The position numbers and the translations under genes are program-made. A DNA stretch of 64,000 nt from an uncultured Planctomycetota bacterium (GTDB lineage: Bacteria; Planctomycetota; Planctomycetia; Isosphaerales; Isosphaeraceae). The stretch lies in NCBI GenBank assembly GCA_963737655.1, contig CAVTTN010000002.1, forward strand, positions 2,176,001-2,240,000, given 5' to 3'. Shown one piece after another: positions 1 to 10,537 of this stretch (positions are counted from its first letter, which is position 1; every line of letters begins with the position of its first letter). The notes under the pieces were generated by a model. That model saw nothing but the letters and a program-made list of their open reading frames with translations. It made no database searches and had not been told where the DNA came from.

Positions 1-35
1 GGGCCGCGTGGTGCATTCTCAACAGGAGATCCTCG

Positions 36-380
36 GTGAAATTCCCCCTGAAGAGTCTGGCGATGGCGGCGAGCTTCGGCCTGGTCGTGACCCTGGCCGG
101 ATGCGGCGAGCCGGCCGAAGAGACCCCCCCGATGACCGGCAGCGGTGCGCCGGTCACCACCCCGCCGGCCCCGACCCCGACCGAAACCAAGCCCGCCCCC
201 GAGGCCACCAAGGAAGAGATCAAGCCCGCTCCCGAGGCTCCGAAGGAGGAGGCCAAGCCCGCCCCCGAGGCCCCGAAGGAGGAGGCCAAGCCCGCTCCCG
301 AGGCTCCGAAGGAGGAGGCCAAGCCCGCCCCCGAGGCCCCGAAGGAAGAGCCGAAGCCCGAGACCCCGAAGGCCGCCTGA
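36..380 (+). CDS. Lipoprotein with Pro/Glu/Lys-rich repetitive tail
   Basis: GTG start after AGGAG; signal peptide with LAGC lipobox; KPAPEAPKEEA repeats. Confidence 0.8.
   Translation: MKFPLKSLAMAASFGLVVTLAGCGEPAEETPPMTGSGAPVTTPPAPTPTETKPAPEATKEEIKPAPEAPKEEAKPAPEAPKEEAKPAPEAPKEEAKPAPEAPKEEPKPETPKAA
189..371 (+). repeat. Coding 33-bp tandem repeat, about 5.5 copies
   Basis: aagcccgc(c/t)cccgaggc(c/t)ccgaaggaggaggcc units; synonymous variants alternate. Confidence 0.9.
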
Positions 381-483
381 TCCCAGGCGATCTCCCCTCG
401 CGACCCCATCCCGCGCCGGCCTCCCGTCTCCTCGGGGGCCGGCCGTTCCTCGGGTGCGCCCACCCGCCGCGACCCCCGTGCCG

Positions 484-1668
484 ATGACCCGCGTCGTCTT
501 GCTCCCTCGACGGGCCCGACCCTTCTTCGCCCGCCATCCCTGGGTCTTCGCCGGCTCGATCGGCCGGGTCGAAGGACCGGCCGAACCCGGGGCCGAGGTC
601 TCGGTGTTCAGCCACGAGGGCCAGTTCGTCGCCCGAGGGCTGTGGAATCCCCGAAGCGCGATCCGCGTCCGCCTCTATCGATGGGACGACGCCCCCCTCG
701 ATGACGCCTTCTGGACGGCCCGGATCGACTCCGCCGTGACCCTCCGCGAGATCACGCTCGGCCTGGTCGGCCCGAACTCAGCCGCTCGCCTGGTCTTCAG
801 CGAGAGCGACGGCCTCTCCGGCCTCACGGTCGATCGCTACGGCCCCTGGCTCGTCGCCCAGATCACCAGCCTGGCCCTCCTGGGACGGCGAGAACTCCTC
901 GTCCGCCTCCTCGCCGAGCGGACCGGCGCCTCGGGGATCGTGGTCCGGACCGACCGCGCCCTGGCCGAGCCCGAAGGCCTCCCCCCGGTCGATTCAACCG
1001 ATCTCGGCGGCGAGCCGCCCGACGCCATCACGATCGAGGAGCACGGTTTGCAGTTCGAGGTCCGCCTCCGGACCGGCCAGAAGACCGGCTTCTTCCTCGA
1101 TCAGAGGGACAACCGCGCCGCCGCCTCTCGGTACGCCCGGGATGGCCGCGTCCTGGACCTGTTTTGCTACACCGGCGGCTTTTCTCTCCATGCGTTGAAG
1201 AATGGAGGCGCCCGCCACGCCCTGGGGATCGACTCCTCGGCCCCGGCGATCGACCAGGCGAGGCGGAACGCCGTGATCAACGGCCAGGGCGCGGCCCGGT
1301 TCGAGGCGGCGGACGTGTTCGACGCCCTCGATCGGCTCCGAGAGCGGTCCGAACGGTTCGAGATGGTCGTCTGCGACCCGCCGAAATTCGCCAAGGGGCC
1401 TCGCGGGCTGGACGACGCGATGAAGGGCTATCTCCGGCTCAATCGCGCCGCCGCCGACGTGGTGAGCCCCGGCGGAATCCTCGTGACGTGCTCCTGCTCG
1501 GGCCTCGTGGATCGCCCCGCGTTCACCGCGATGCTCGGCCAGGTCGCCGAGCTCTCCGGCCGATCGATCCAGATCCTCGAAAGCCGAGGGCAGGCGCCCG
1601 ACCACCCGGTTTCGGCCTCGTGCCTGGAGACCGACTACCTGAAATGCCTGATCTGCCGGGTGTCGTGA
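484..1668 (+). CDS. rlmI: Class I SAM-dependent rRNA m5C methyltransferase (RlmI-like)
   Basis: HPWVF PUA-like N-terminus, GQKTGFFLDQRDNR, LDLFCYTGGF, DPPKF, TCSCS, YLK motifs; ATG at 484. Confidence 0.85.
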   Translation: MTRVVLLPRRARPFFARHPWVFAGSIGRVEGPAEPGAEVSVFSHEGQFVARGLWNPRSAIRVRLYRWDDAPLDDAFWTARIDSAVTLREITLGLVGPNSAARLVFSESDGLSGLTVDRYGPWLVAQITSLALLGRRELLVRLLAERTGASGIVVRTDRALAEPEGLPPVDSTDLGGEPPDAITIEEHGLQFEVRLRTGQKTGFFLDQRDNRAAASRYARDGRVLDLFCYTGGFSLHALKNGGARHALGIDSSAPAIDQARRNAVINGQGAARFEAADVFDALDRLRERSERFEMVVCDPPKFAKGPRGLDDAMKGYLRLNRAAADVVSPGGILVTCSCSGLVDRPAFTAMLGQVAELSGRSIQILESRGQAPDHPVSASCLETDYLKCLICRVS

Positions 1669-1679
1669 AACGTGAGGGT

Positions 1680-1712
1680 TGAGAAGGCGGTCCTTGTAGG
1701 GTCCGCCCTCGA
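1680..1712. terminator. Hairpin between convergent genes (possible bidirectional terminator)
   Basis: aaggcggtcct-tgt-agggtccgccct imperfect inverted repeat. Confidence 0.35.
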
Positions 1713-1722
1713 CCACGCGAAT

Positions 1723-3201
1723 TCACAGGAGTTCCGCCAGGACTTCGCCCCCGGGGACCAGCCCCAGGGGTCGGCCCTGGCGATCGGCGAGCTCCTCGGC
1801 TGGGTCGATGCCCAGGAGGTGGTAGGCGGTGGCCAGGAGGTCCTTGGGCGAGACGGGTCGATCGGCGGGGTCGGAGGCGATCGAGTCGGACCGGCCGAGG
1901 ACGGTCCCTCCTCGCACGCCTCCTCCGGCCAGGACGGCGGAGTAGCAGCGCGACCAGTGGTCGCGGCCTCCTCCCTGTCCGGTCGTGATTCGAGGGGTCC
2001 GGCCGTGCTCGGAGAGGACCAGGACGAGCGTTTCGTCGAGCAGCCCCCGGCGGTCCAGGTCGATCAGGAGGCCCGAGAGCGTGCGGTCGAGGCCGGGCAG
2101 GAGCTCGTCCCTCATCCTGGGATAGTGGTCCCAGTGGGTATCCCAGCCGGTGCCGGCGAGGCCGAATTCGTCCCAGAAGACGCTCACGAACCGGCCTCCG
2201 GCCTCGACCAGCCGCCGGGCCGTGAGCGCGGCCTGGCCGAACAGGCTGATCCCGTAGAGGTCGCGGGTCTCGGCCGGTTCCCTTCCCAGGTCGAACGCCT
2301 CGCGGAGCTTCCGCGAGCCGAGGAGCGAATAGGCCATCGCGCGATGGCGATCGGTCCCTCCGCGTTCGATCTCGGCCCCGATCTCGCCCCGCGATCGCTC
2401 GATCTGCTCCAGGAGAGAGCGGCGGCGGTCCAGGCGGTCGAGCGAGAGGCCCGGAGGCGGCTCGGTCACGCTGGAGAGGCGGAACCGATCTTCCCGCCCG
2501 ATCCCGCGATACGGCTCGGGGCCGTCCCAGACCTGTTCCTGGAGGGTCTTCCTCGCGGTCTTCGTGCCCCGGCCGACGAATTCGGTCCAGACCGGGTCGC
2601 GACCCGGGCCGAGGAACCCGCCATACGGCCCGGCCCGGGCGACCTCGCCCACCCTCTTCGTGCTGAACGCCCAGGGCAGCGCGAGGTTCCGGGGCACCTC
2701 GGGGATCGCGCCTCCGGCCTTACGGTCGTCGAGGTGGTCCACCACCGACCCGACGAACGGCCAGTGCCCGGCGTCCCTCGGGTTCAACTCCATCGCCAGC
2801 TCGATCCGGGGAATCCCCGTGAGCGCAAAGGCGACGCCATGAATCGGATACGGATGGGTGACCGAACGGACCACGGCGGCCCGGTCCATCACCCGAGCGA
2901 GGCGAGGCAGCCCCTCGCAGAGGTCCAGGCCGGGGACGACCGAGCGGATCGTCCCGAACTCGCCGCGGACCTCGACCGGCGCTTTGGGCTTGGGGTCGAA
3001 CGTCTCGATCTGGCTCGGCGCGCCGTACAAATACAGCAAGATGCACGACTTCGCCCGGCCGAACGAGGGCGGACGCTCGGCCGGGGACGCCGAGGCCGCC
3101 CGAGTCCCCAGTCCGAGCAGGCCCAGGGCCCCGACCTGGAGGAGGTCGCGGCGGGTCAGGCCGTCGCAGAGCCGTTTGGGGCCGCCGAGAATGCGGATCA
3201 T
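1723..3201 (-). CDS. DUF1501 domain protein
   Basis: CDGLTRRDLLQVG leader, AKSCILLYLYGAPSQIETFDPKP, WDTH, SEHGRTPRI, GRDHW. Confidence 0.9.
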   Translation of the reverse strand: MIRILGGPKRLCDGLTRRDLLQVGALGLLGLGTRAASASPAERPPSFGRAKSCILLYLYGAPSQIETFDPKPKAPVEVRGEFGTIRSVVPGLDLCEGLPRLARVMDRAAVVRSVTHPYPIHGVAFALTGIPRIELAMELNPRDAGHWPFVGSVVDHLDDRKAGGAIPEVPRNLALPWAFSTKRVGEVARAGPYGGFLGPGRDPVWTEFVGRGTKTARKTLQEQVWDGPEPYRGIGREDRFRLSSVTEPPPGLSLDRLDRRRSLLEQIERSRGEIGAEIERGGTDRHRAMAYSLLGSRKLREAFDLGREPAETRDLYGISLFGQAALTARRLVEAGGRFVSVFWDEFGLAGTGWDTHWDHYPRMRDELLPGLDRTLSGLLIDLDRRGLLDETLVLVLSEHGRTPRITTGQGGGRDHWSRCYSAVLAGGGVRGGTVLGRSDSIASDPADRPVSPKDLLATAYHLLGIDPAEELADRQGRPLGLVPGGEVLAELL

Positions 3202-3410
3202 CGCCGGCTCGCCGCGATCGAGAGAGAACGCCACGTCTCCGGAGTACCCTATCGCCGATTCGACGGTTGTTCAACAACCATCTTCCAAGAGGCCCGGGGC
3301 CGCCGATCCCCCGGGCCCGGGATCGATCCTCGCTTCCCCGGGGCCGAGGTCCGGGTTAGGATGGCCGACGGATCGGCCTCTCCGAATCCTTCCTCTCCGG
3401 GAATATTCTC

Positions 3411-3875
3411 ATGCATGCCTTCCTCTGGATTCCGCTGGTTTGCCTGCTCCCCACGCACCTGCCGGCCGGGGACGCCGACGCCAAGGCCGTCGCGCAGGAC
3501 GTCCTGAACAAGGGCGCCGCCCTGTTCGACGCGAGGGACTCCGCGATCCTCGCCGACACCTGGACCGAGGACGGCCGGCTTTTCTGGGTCGAGCGCGACA
3601 GGGACACCGGCAAGTACAAGACGCTCGTGAAGGAAGGTCGCCCGGAGATCGAGCGGTTCTACCGCGATTTCTTCAAGGATTCCAGGGAGAAGACCACCTC
3701 AAGAAACACCGTCGAGTTCGCCCGCTACGTCGCCCCCGACCTGATGGTGATCCATGGCGAATTCGCGCCCGACACGTCGAAGGACGGAAAATACACGTTC
3801 GTCCAGGAACGCGTGAAGGTCGGCGACAAGTGGCTGATCCAGGCGTTGCGGCTGTATGTGGTGTCCGGGGATTGA
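3411..3875 (+). CDS. Secreted NTF2/SnoaL-like (DUF4440-like) protein
   Basis: Signal-like N-terminus; FDARDSAILADTWTEDG...GRPEIERFY...KWLI pattern. Confidence 0.65.
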   Translation: MHAFLWIPLVCLLPTHLPAGDADAKAVAQDVLNKGAALFDARDSAILADTWTEDGRLFWVERDRDTGKYKTLVKEGRPEIERFYRDFFKDSREKTTSRNTVEFARYVAPDLMVIHGEFAPDTSKDGKYTFVQERVKVGDKWLIQALRLYVVSGD

Positions 3876-3914
3876 GTGAGCCGAACCTCCCCGGGCGATC
3901 GGTTGGTCAGTCGA

Positions 3915-4442
3915 TCACGGTCGGCCGACGGTCCTCAGGCGGGACTTCGAGACGAGGGCGTGGACCGAGGGCCATCGGTGGCAGAGGCGGTCCAGGGCCA
4001 GGGCGGCCCCGGCCGGGTCGAACGAGGATCGGAGCCGCTCGCGGATCGCCTGGTGGAGGGCCCGGGTGAAGTCGAGCGAGAGGGTGTAGTTGATCCTGGC
4101 CGGGGCGTCCCGGCCCGTCAGGATCACGCTGAGCAGGGCGCGTTCCTCGAACGGCCCGCCCACCGGCGGCGGGCAGCCGTCCCGAGAGCGGCCCTCGAAC
4201 GCCGCGCAGGACCAGGGGACCATCTGGCCGAATCGGTAGGCCAGCAGGAGCAGGGGGCCTTCCTCGACCAGGGAGAATTCGGCCTCCTCCCCGACCAGGT
4301 CGTCCAGGCGAAGCCCGGTGAGCCGCAGCTCGTGGACTCCGAAGCGAAACTCGTAGTGGCCCGAGGTCTGCCACGGACTCGGGCCGTCGGCCGGCTGCGT
4401 GCGCGCAGAGCGAACAGCCCCCCGGGCGGTGGGAATTGCCAT
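3915..4442 (-). CDS. Hypothetical protein
   Basis: ATG after GGAGAGG; normal composition; no recognised motif. Confidence 0.55.
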   Translation of the reverse strand: MAIPTARGAVRSARTQPADGPSPWQTSGHYEFRFGVHELRLTGLRLDDLVGEEAEFSLVEEGPLLLLAYRFGQMVPWSCAAFEGRSRDGCPPPVGGPFEERALLSVILTGRDAPARINYTLSLDFTRALHQAIRERLRSSFDPAGAALALDRLCHRWPSVHALVSKSRLRTVGRP

Positions 4443-4704
4443 GGTTGCCTCTCCTCCGGTTCCGAAAAGATCGGAATGTCCGCGATCCGTGGCCTCCCGT
4501 TCCGAGTGAGAAGCCCGAAGGCGGACGAACCGACTCTAGCCGACACATCGGGACCTGTATAGACCCTTGTGCCTGGCTTGCCCGTCCTCCTTAATCGTCT
4601 CGGAGTCGCGCAATCGTCGTCCTCGGGCCGAAACGCCGGGTCGAGGGCGGAGGGGAGTTGACTCGGGGCCATCTCTCCTTACAATGGCGGAGCCGAGTTT
4701 GAGC

Positions 4705-4778
4705 GGGCGCATAGCTCAGTTGGCTAGAGCGCACCCCTGATAAGGGTGAGGTCCGAAGTTCGAATCTTCGTGCGCCCA
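4705..4778 (+). tRNA. tRNA-Ile (anticodon GAT), CCA not encoded
   Basis: Acceptor stem gggcgca/tgcgccc, D arm agctcagttggctagagc, anticodon arm caccc-ctGATaa-gggtg, T loop gttcgaatc; followed by cta. Confidence 0.97.
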
Positions 4779-4786
4779 CTAAAAAT

Positions 4787-4880
4787 TCGCCCTCCGTTGC
4801 GTTGGAGGGGGGCGAACGATCGAGACGAGCCAAACCCCTCGCGAATTGGCCCCCTACGGGGCACTTCGCAAGGGGTTTGG
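4787..4880. terminator. Two hairpins between the tRNA and the convergent gene
   Basis: ttcgccctcc...ggaggggggcgaa and ccaaacccctcgcgaa...ttcgcaaggggtttgg. Confidence 0.55.
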
Positions 4881-4924
4881 CGTTGGTGGGCCGACCCGGC
4901 CGGCGACGCTCGCCGGGTGGGGCC

Positions 4925-5449
4925 TCATTCGTCCTCGTCGTCCTCGTCGGGTTCGGCCTCGGGATCGACGTCGTCCTCGTCGTCCATCTCCTCCTCCTCG
5001 GCCTCGGGCTTCGCCTTGACCGCGGCCACCGGCGCGGCGGCCGGGGCGACCTCGGGCCGGGGGATGGCGGCGCCGAGGCCCGGGGCGTTGTCGGGCATCG
5101 GCTCCTTGACCTTCTGGACGAAGTGGGTGCCCTTGCCCTTGGCCGTGAGCTCGTCGGCGCGGGCCTGGGCGGCGTCCTTCTGGGCGTATTCGAACGTGTT
5201 GACGGTCTTGAAGGCGTCGTTGACCACGGCCCAGACGATCCTCATCCGCGCGGCCGGCTTGGGGACCTTGACGGCCTTGGCCTTGGCCTTGGCGGGGGCC
5301 TTGGCCTTCTTTTTCGGCTTGCGTTCGGCCTCGTCGTCGTCGCCCGAGTCCTCGGCGACGTCGTCGGACTCGTCCTCCATGGGGTCCAGAGGCTCGGCGG
5401 CCTCGTACTGGCGGCGAAGCTCCAGGCGATTCTGCGGTTTCCCTGCCAT
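4925..5449 (-). CDS. Hypothetical protein with acidic termini and a Lys/Ala-rich linker
   Basis: Strong GC3 codon bias; upstream AAGGA; compact central domain RIVWAVVNDAFKTV...HFVQKVKE. Confidence 0.75.
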   Translation of the reverse strand: MAGKPQNRLELRRQYEAAEPLDPMEDESDDVAEDSGDDDEAERKPKKKAKAPAKAKAKAVKVPKPAARMRIVWAVVNDAFKTVNTFEYAQKDAAQARADELTAKGKGTHFVQKVKEPMPDNAPGLGAAIPRPEVAPAAAPVAAVKAKPEAEEEEMDDEDDVDPEAEPDEDDEDE

Positions 5450-5577
5450 CTCGTCGTCCTTTGTGTGCGCGACCCGGCCGGCGGGCCCGTCCCGGGCGTG
5501 ATCCCTTTCATCCTACCCCGACCGGACCGAGGTTGCTACCTGGGCCGATCCGGGAACGGGCTTCATCCTCCGAGCCG

Positions 5578-7475
5578 TTACGTGTTGAACTCCAGGGCTT
5601 CTTCCCAGTGGGCGTAGAGGGTGGCCAGCTTCGCTTTCAGGTCGTCGTACCGGGCCTGGACGGTCCGGGCGGTCTCGGCGTCCTTCCAGGTCTCGGGCTG
5701 GCCCAGCGCGGCTTCGAGATCGGCGACCTCGGCCTCCATTTCGCCGATCTCGGCCTCCAGGTCGCTCGCCTTGCGGTAGGGGAATTTCTTCTTCTTCTTC
5801 TCGGGACGGCCGGGGTCGGAGGATTTCGCCGATGAGGACGACGAGGCCTCGGCCTTCGCCGGGGCCGAGGCGGCTTCTTGCTGGGCGAGCCGTTGGTACG
5901 TCTCGTAATCCCCCTCGATCGTCTTCGCCCGGCCGGATGAGACCACGATCAGCCGATCGGCCACGGCGTTGAGGAAGTAGCGGTCGTGGCTGACCACCAG
6001 CACGGTCCCCTCGAACTCCCGGATCGAGCGTTCCAGGGCCTCGCACGCCCAGATGTCCAGGTGGTTCGTCGGCTCGTCCATCACCAGGAGGTTCGCCCCC
6101 GTCGCCGCGAGCCGGGCGAGGGCCGCCTTGCCCTTCTCGCCGCCGGAGAGCTGCCCGACGGTCTGGAAGACGATCTCTCCGCTGAGGCCGAACCGGGCGA
6201 GGAGGTCGCGGACGTCCCCCTCGACCCAGTCCGGATCGTCCTCCGGCCAGACGGCGCGGACCACCGAGGTCTGGGGGGGGAGGGCTTCGAGGCCCTGGTC
6301 GTAATATCCCACCTGGACCTTGTGGCCGAGCTTCACGTCGCCGGAATCGGCCTTCTCCCGGCCGATCAGGATCTTCAGGAGGGTCGATTTGCCGGCCCCG
6401 TTGGGGCCCATCACGCCCACGCACTGGCCCCGGAGGACCGAGACGTTGTACTTCGCGAACAGGGGCTTGTCGAACGCCTTGGAGACCTCCCGGGCCTCCA
6501 CCACGATGTCGCCCGAGCGCTCGACCTCGCCGAACCCCATGACCGGGCCGACGATGTCTCGCATCGTCTCGACCCGCTCGATCCTCGCCAGCTTCTTCTC
6601 GCGGTCCTTGGCCTGGGTCGCCCGCTGGCCCGCCCCGTACTTGCGGATGTAGGCTTCGAGGTCGGCGATCTGCTCCTGCTGCTTCTCGGATTGCTTCTGG
6701 AGGTTCTTTGCCTTCTCCTGGCGGAGCCTCCAGTAGTGCGAATAATTGCCGGGGTAGACCTCGATCTTCCCCTCGTGGAGCTCCCAGATCCTGGTCACGA
6801 CCTTGTCGAGGAAGTAGCGGTCGTGGCTGACGACGACCATCGCCACCGGCTGGCGAGTCAGGTAGCTTTCGAGCCATTCGGTGGTGGCGATGTCCAGGTG
6901 GTTGGAGGGTTCGTCCAGGAGCATCACGTCGGGGCTTTCCAGGAGCAATTTCGCGAGCATGAGCCGCGACTGCTGGCCGCCGGAGAACGTCCGGGCGGGC
7001 CGGGTGAAGTCCTCGGGGGAGAAGCCGAGCCCCCGAGGATCTCCTCGACGCGGTGGTCGATCGAATAGGCGTCCTGGTGCTCGATCCGGTCGCGGATCTC
7101 CTCGTAGCGGCGGGTGGCGCGGTCGCGATCGGGGGCGTCGTCGGCCTCGGCGATCTCCCGGGCGGCCTCCTCCATCTCGCGCTGGAGGTCCAGGAGCGAG
7201 GCCAGGCCGGACCGGGCCACGTCGATCAGCGTCTCGTCGGGCGAGAAGTCCGGCTGCTGCCTCAGGAGGCTCACGCGGACTCCCGGACGGACGTGCAGAT
7301 GCCCATATTCCGGCTGGTCCTCGCGGGCCAGGAGCTTCATCAACGTGGTCTTGCCCGCGCCGTTGGGCCCGACCAGGCCGATCCTCTCCCCGGCGCGGAC
7401 CTCGAACCGGAGGCCGGTGAAGATCGGGTCGCCGGCATACTGGCGGCCGAGGTCGGAGGCGGAGATCAGGATCAT
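5578..7475 (-). CDS. ABC-F family ATPase (Uup/YheS-like), split by one frameshift near 7030
   Basis: Two Walker A motifs (GPNGAGKT, GPNGAGKS), FSGGQ and LSGGE signatures, DEPSNHLD and DEPTNHLD, C-terminal coiled coil; frames join at a C5 run. Confidence 0.9.
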
Positions 7476-7568
7476 CGACGGGGTCCGCTGGGGCTCGGCG
7501 AGCGCGGGGCGATCCGCCCGCGATCCCCGCATTATAGGAGATCCGCGACGCCCGGACGACGCCTCGGC

Positions 7569-9311
7569 TCACGGCAGCCGGAAGAAGGCGATCCGCCCCC
7601 CGGGGCCCTCGGAGGGCTTCGAGCCGGTGGCCTCCTCCAGCTCGGCCTCGATCGCCCGGCCGCCGTCGGCGAAGCCCAGGCGATCGACGGTCACCCCGCC
7701 GAACCCCTTCGCCTTGAGTTCGGCGACCATCCCCGGGACCGATTTCGCCGCCGCGGCCTTCTGCCAGAGGTCGGTCTCCCGTCCCTTGATCGCGCCGTAG
7801 CTCCATTTGAGCGTCCGGGAGTGGAAATAGCCCCACAAATGGTCGTAATCGCGCATCCGGCCCATCGGCAGGCTCTCGGGGAAGGCCACGTACGGGAGCA
7901 TGAAGACGCTCGGGCGGTCGGCGATCGCCGCCTCGATCTCGCGGACGAACCGGGCGTCCTCGGCGAATTCGAGGCGTTCGCGGTCGTGGTCGGGGACGGT
8001 CGCCGCCGGGGACTGGTCCCAGATCCCGACGGCCAGGAGGACGGACAGCCCCGCCAGGAACGTAAAGCGACGTAAAGGAGACGTGCCAAGCCGCGTCCAG
8101 GCCGCGTCCAGCCCCATCGCGGCCGCGAATAGAGCGTAAAAGGCGACGTAAACGCTGATCCGGTTGTACGCGCGGATCTGGGTCGAGACCAGTCGCGAGA
8201 AGACCACCCCGAAGCCGCCGACGGTCCCCAGGAGGATCGACGCGACCGTCAATCGGCCCAGGGGGACGGTCAAGTCGTCGTCCTTCGTCGGCAGGAACAG
8301 CGAGACGATCAGGGCGAGGAACCCGCAGACGCCGACGATCCCCAGCGAGCTCGTCTCGTTCTCGTTCACGTCGTTCATCGAGACGCGCCGGGTCTCCCCG
8401 GGGCCGATCACGCCATGAATCCCGAACTTCTGGAGCAGGGGCCAGCGGTGGCCGAGGGCCGGCATCAGCAGTTGGTGGATCTTCAGGCCGAAATGCTCGG
8501 CCTCCCAGGCGGTCCTCTTCGCCACCTCGGGCGATCGGCCATGACGGGAGAAGTAGATCAGGCTCGGCGCGAGGTGGGCGGCCAGGGACGCGGCGATCAG
8601 GCCCAGGACCGTGGCCGAGGCCAGGACCGTCCGCCTCCCGCCGCCCCGGCCCAGCGCGGCGACCGTGGCCACGGCCGTCAGGAACGCGCCGAAGAAGGCG
8701 TAATAGACGCCCGAGGCCGGCATCAGCAGGCACGTCAGGACCGTGAAGAACGCCGCCCCGGGCCTGCGGAACAGGGGCTCGCGCCTCCACAGTCGCAGGA
8801 CGACCACGCTCATCCACGGGACGGCGTAATAGCCCGAGAGCAGGATGTGGCTCTGGCCCCTCAGGTAGTGATAGGGCAGGAACGCATAAAGGACCGCCGC
8901 GACGGTCGCCGCCGGGGCCCCGATCCCGAAGCTGCGGAACGCCCAGAGGGCCGTCCAGGCGGCCAGGGGGTAGCCGATCAGGTAGAACAGGTTCACCACG
9001 GTCCCGTAATCGGTCGAGAACCGGCCGATCAGCCGGACCAGGCCGAAGTGGGCCGAGTCGGTCAGCGGATAATCGTGGAGGTCCATCTCCCCGGGGGCGC
9101 CGAGCCGGGGGTCGTGGACGTACCAGCCCTGGTCGAGCGTGGTCTTGAGCCACATGGCGTGCTCGAACGTGTCGCCGCGAACCGAATAGTACAGCGGGAC
9201 GCGGAGGTCGGCGCGATCGAGGCGGAGGGTGGCGACCAGGGCCAGTGCGGAGACCAGCCCGGCGACGAGGTAGGCGAGCGGGGCGGGACGGTCAGCTCGG
9301 GGCGGGTGCAT
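7569..9311 (-). CDS. Polytopic membrane protein, possibly GT-C/surface-modification type
   Basis: About 10 hydrophobic helices; LYAFLPYHYLRG and WSYGAIKGR motifs; C-terminal soluble domain. Confidence 0.6.
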   Translation of the reverse strand: MHPPRADRPAPLAYLVAGLVSALALVATLRLDRADLRVPLYYSVRGDTFEHAMWLKTTLDQGWYVHDPRLGAPGEMDLHDYPLTDSAHFGLVRLIGRFSTDYGTVVNLFYLIGYPLAAWTALWAFRSFGIGAPAATVAAVLYAFLPYHYLRGQSHILLSGYYAVPWMSVVVLRLWRREPLFRRPGAAFFTVLTCLLMPASGVYYAFFGAFLTAVATVAALGRGGGRRTVLASATVLGLIAASLAAHLAPSLIYFSRHGRSPEVAKRTAWEAEHFGLKIHQLLMPALGHRWPLLQKFGIHGVIGPGETRRVSMNDVNENETSSLGIVGVCGFLALIVSLFLPTKDDDLTVPLGRLTVASILLGTVGGFGVVFSRLVSTQIRAYNRISVYVAFYALFAAAMGLDAAWTRLGTSPLRRFTFLAGLSVLLAVGIWDQSPAATVPDHDRERLEFAEDARFVREIEAAIADRPSVFMLPYVAFPESLPMGRMRDYDHLWGYFHSRTLKWSYGAIKGRETDLWQKAAAAKSVPGMVAELKAKGFGGVTVDRLGFADGGRAIEAELEEATGSKPSEGPGGRIAFFRLP

Positions 9312-9516
9312 CGCGGGGCGTCCTTGCCGGGTCGGACCGATCGAGGTCGTCGTCGGGGCGGATTATGATCGCCGGGGGCCACGATCGACAAGGCGGAACC
9401 GCCGTCCCGTAGGAATTCGTCGCCGCCATGTTGCCAGGGGGCGGGCCGATCGGGTAAAAAATCGCCGGTGTCTCGATGAAGGCGAGGCGATCGAGATCTC
9501 GGTGAGGGGGCCGGCG

Positions 9517-10506
9517 ATGGCGATTGAATTTTCCTGCTCCGGATGCGGGCAGAGGTACAAGGTCGCCGACGGCCTGGCCGGCCGGGCGATCCGCTGCCAG
9601 AAGTGCGAAACCCCGCTCAAGATCCCCTCGGCGGCGCCGGCGATGGCCCCGTCGGAGTCCCCGGCGATGCGAGGGCCGACGGCCTCGGCCCGTCCCCCGT
9701 TGCAGAGCTTCGACACCGAGGCGCCGGCGAAGCCCAGGCCGGCCGCCCGGCCGCCCCTCCAGAGCTTCAGCTCCGCCCCGCCGACGCCGACCCCGAAGCC
9801 CACCCCGATCCCGTCGCGGCCCTCGCCCCGTCCCGCCCCGAGGCCGCCGGTCGAGGAACAGGTCTACGACGCCGAGGCCCTGGAAATCGAGGACGAGCCG
9901 GAGCTCGACGAGGACCTGGAGATCGTCGAGGACGCCGCCACCGACCCCTACGGCGTGGACGAGGTGTATGCCCCCCCTCGCGCCACCAGGCCCGCCTACG
10001 ACGAGGCCGATGACTCCGTCGGCCGACCCGGACGCCCCGGCAAGGGGAAGAAGGGGAAGCGGATGGAGTACGCGGGCTTCTGGAAGAGGCTCTGCGCCCT
10101 GATCGTGGACAACATCATCTTCCGGTTGCTCTCCTACGGGATCGGCTTCGGCCTCGGGATCATGATCGGTGTCTACTACAGCGCGAGCCTTCACCGGAGC
10201 GTGACCCCGGAGGACCTCGCCGGCTTCGCCCCCTACTTCTTGATCCTCGAACTCGTCCTGTGGGTCCTGTACTTCGCCGGGATGAACGCCTCCGAACGCC
10301 AGGGGACCCTGGGCAAGAACGCGATGGGGATCATCGTGACCGACACCGAGGGGCATCGGATCGGGTTCGGCAGGGCCGTGGCCCGCCAGTTCGCCTGGCT
10401 CCTGAGCGTGTTCACGATCTTCATCGGCTTCTTCATGGTCCTCTTCACCGGGAAGAAGCAGGCGCTTCACGACCTCCTCTGCGGCACGCTCGTCCTGAAG
10501 AAGTGA
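9517..10506 (+). CDS. RDD family protein with N-terminal zinc ribbon
   Basis: CSGC...CQKC, Pro-rich linker, YAGFWKRLCALIVD, QGTLGK, ALHDLLCGT. Confidence 0.9.
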   Translation: MAIEFSCSGCGQRYKVADGLAGRAIRCQKCETPLKIPSAAPAMAPSESPAMRGPTASARPPLQSFDTEAPAKPRPAARPPLQSFSSAPPTPTPKPTPIPSRPSPRPAPRPPVEEQVYDAEALEIEDEPELDEDLEIVEDAATDPYGVDEVYAPPRATRPAYDEADDSVGRPGRPGKGKKGKRMEYAGFWKRLCALIVDNIIFRLLSYGIGFGLGIMIGVYYSASLHRSVTPEDLAGFAPYFLILELVLWVLYFAGMNASERQGTLGKNAMGIIVTDTEGHRIGFGRAVARQFAWLLSVFTIFIGFFMVLFTGKKQALHDLLCGTLVLKK

Positions 10507-10537
10507 TCCGGACCGCTCCGGGAGAGCCCCTCCGACG

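Noticed and set aside
189..371. CRISPR array
   Set aside because: Contiguous coding repeats without unique spacers; no cas genes
4705..4925. tRNA-Ile as an island integration site
   Set aside because: No integrase nearby, and I saw no duplicated tRNA 3' end in the window
7020..7040. Programmed ribosomal frameshifting in ABC-F or the other split genes
   Set aside because: No X XXY YYZ slippery motif; similar indels occur throughout the window
5578..9153. 1191-aa ORF as a single gene
   Set aside because: Only its last ~480 aa are the ABC-F C-terminal half; the rest is an off-frame shadow of the ABC-F N-terminus and the 7569-9311 gene
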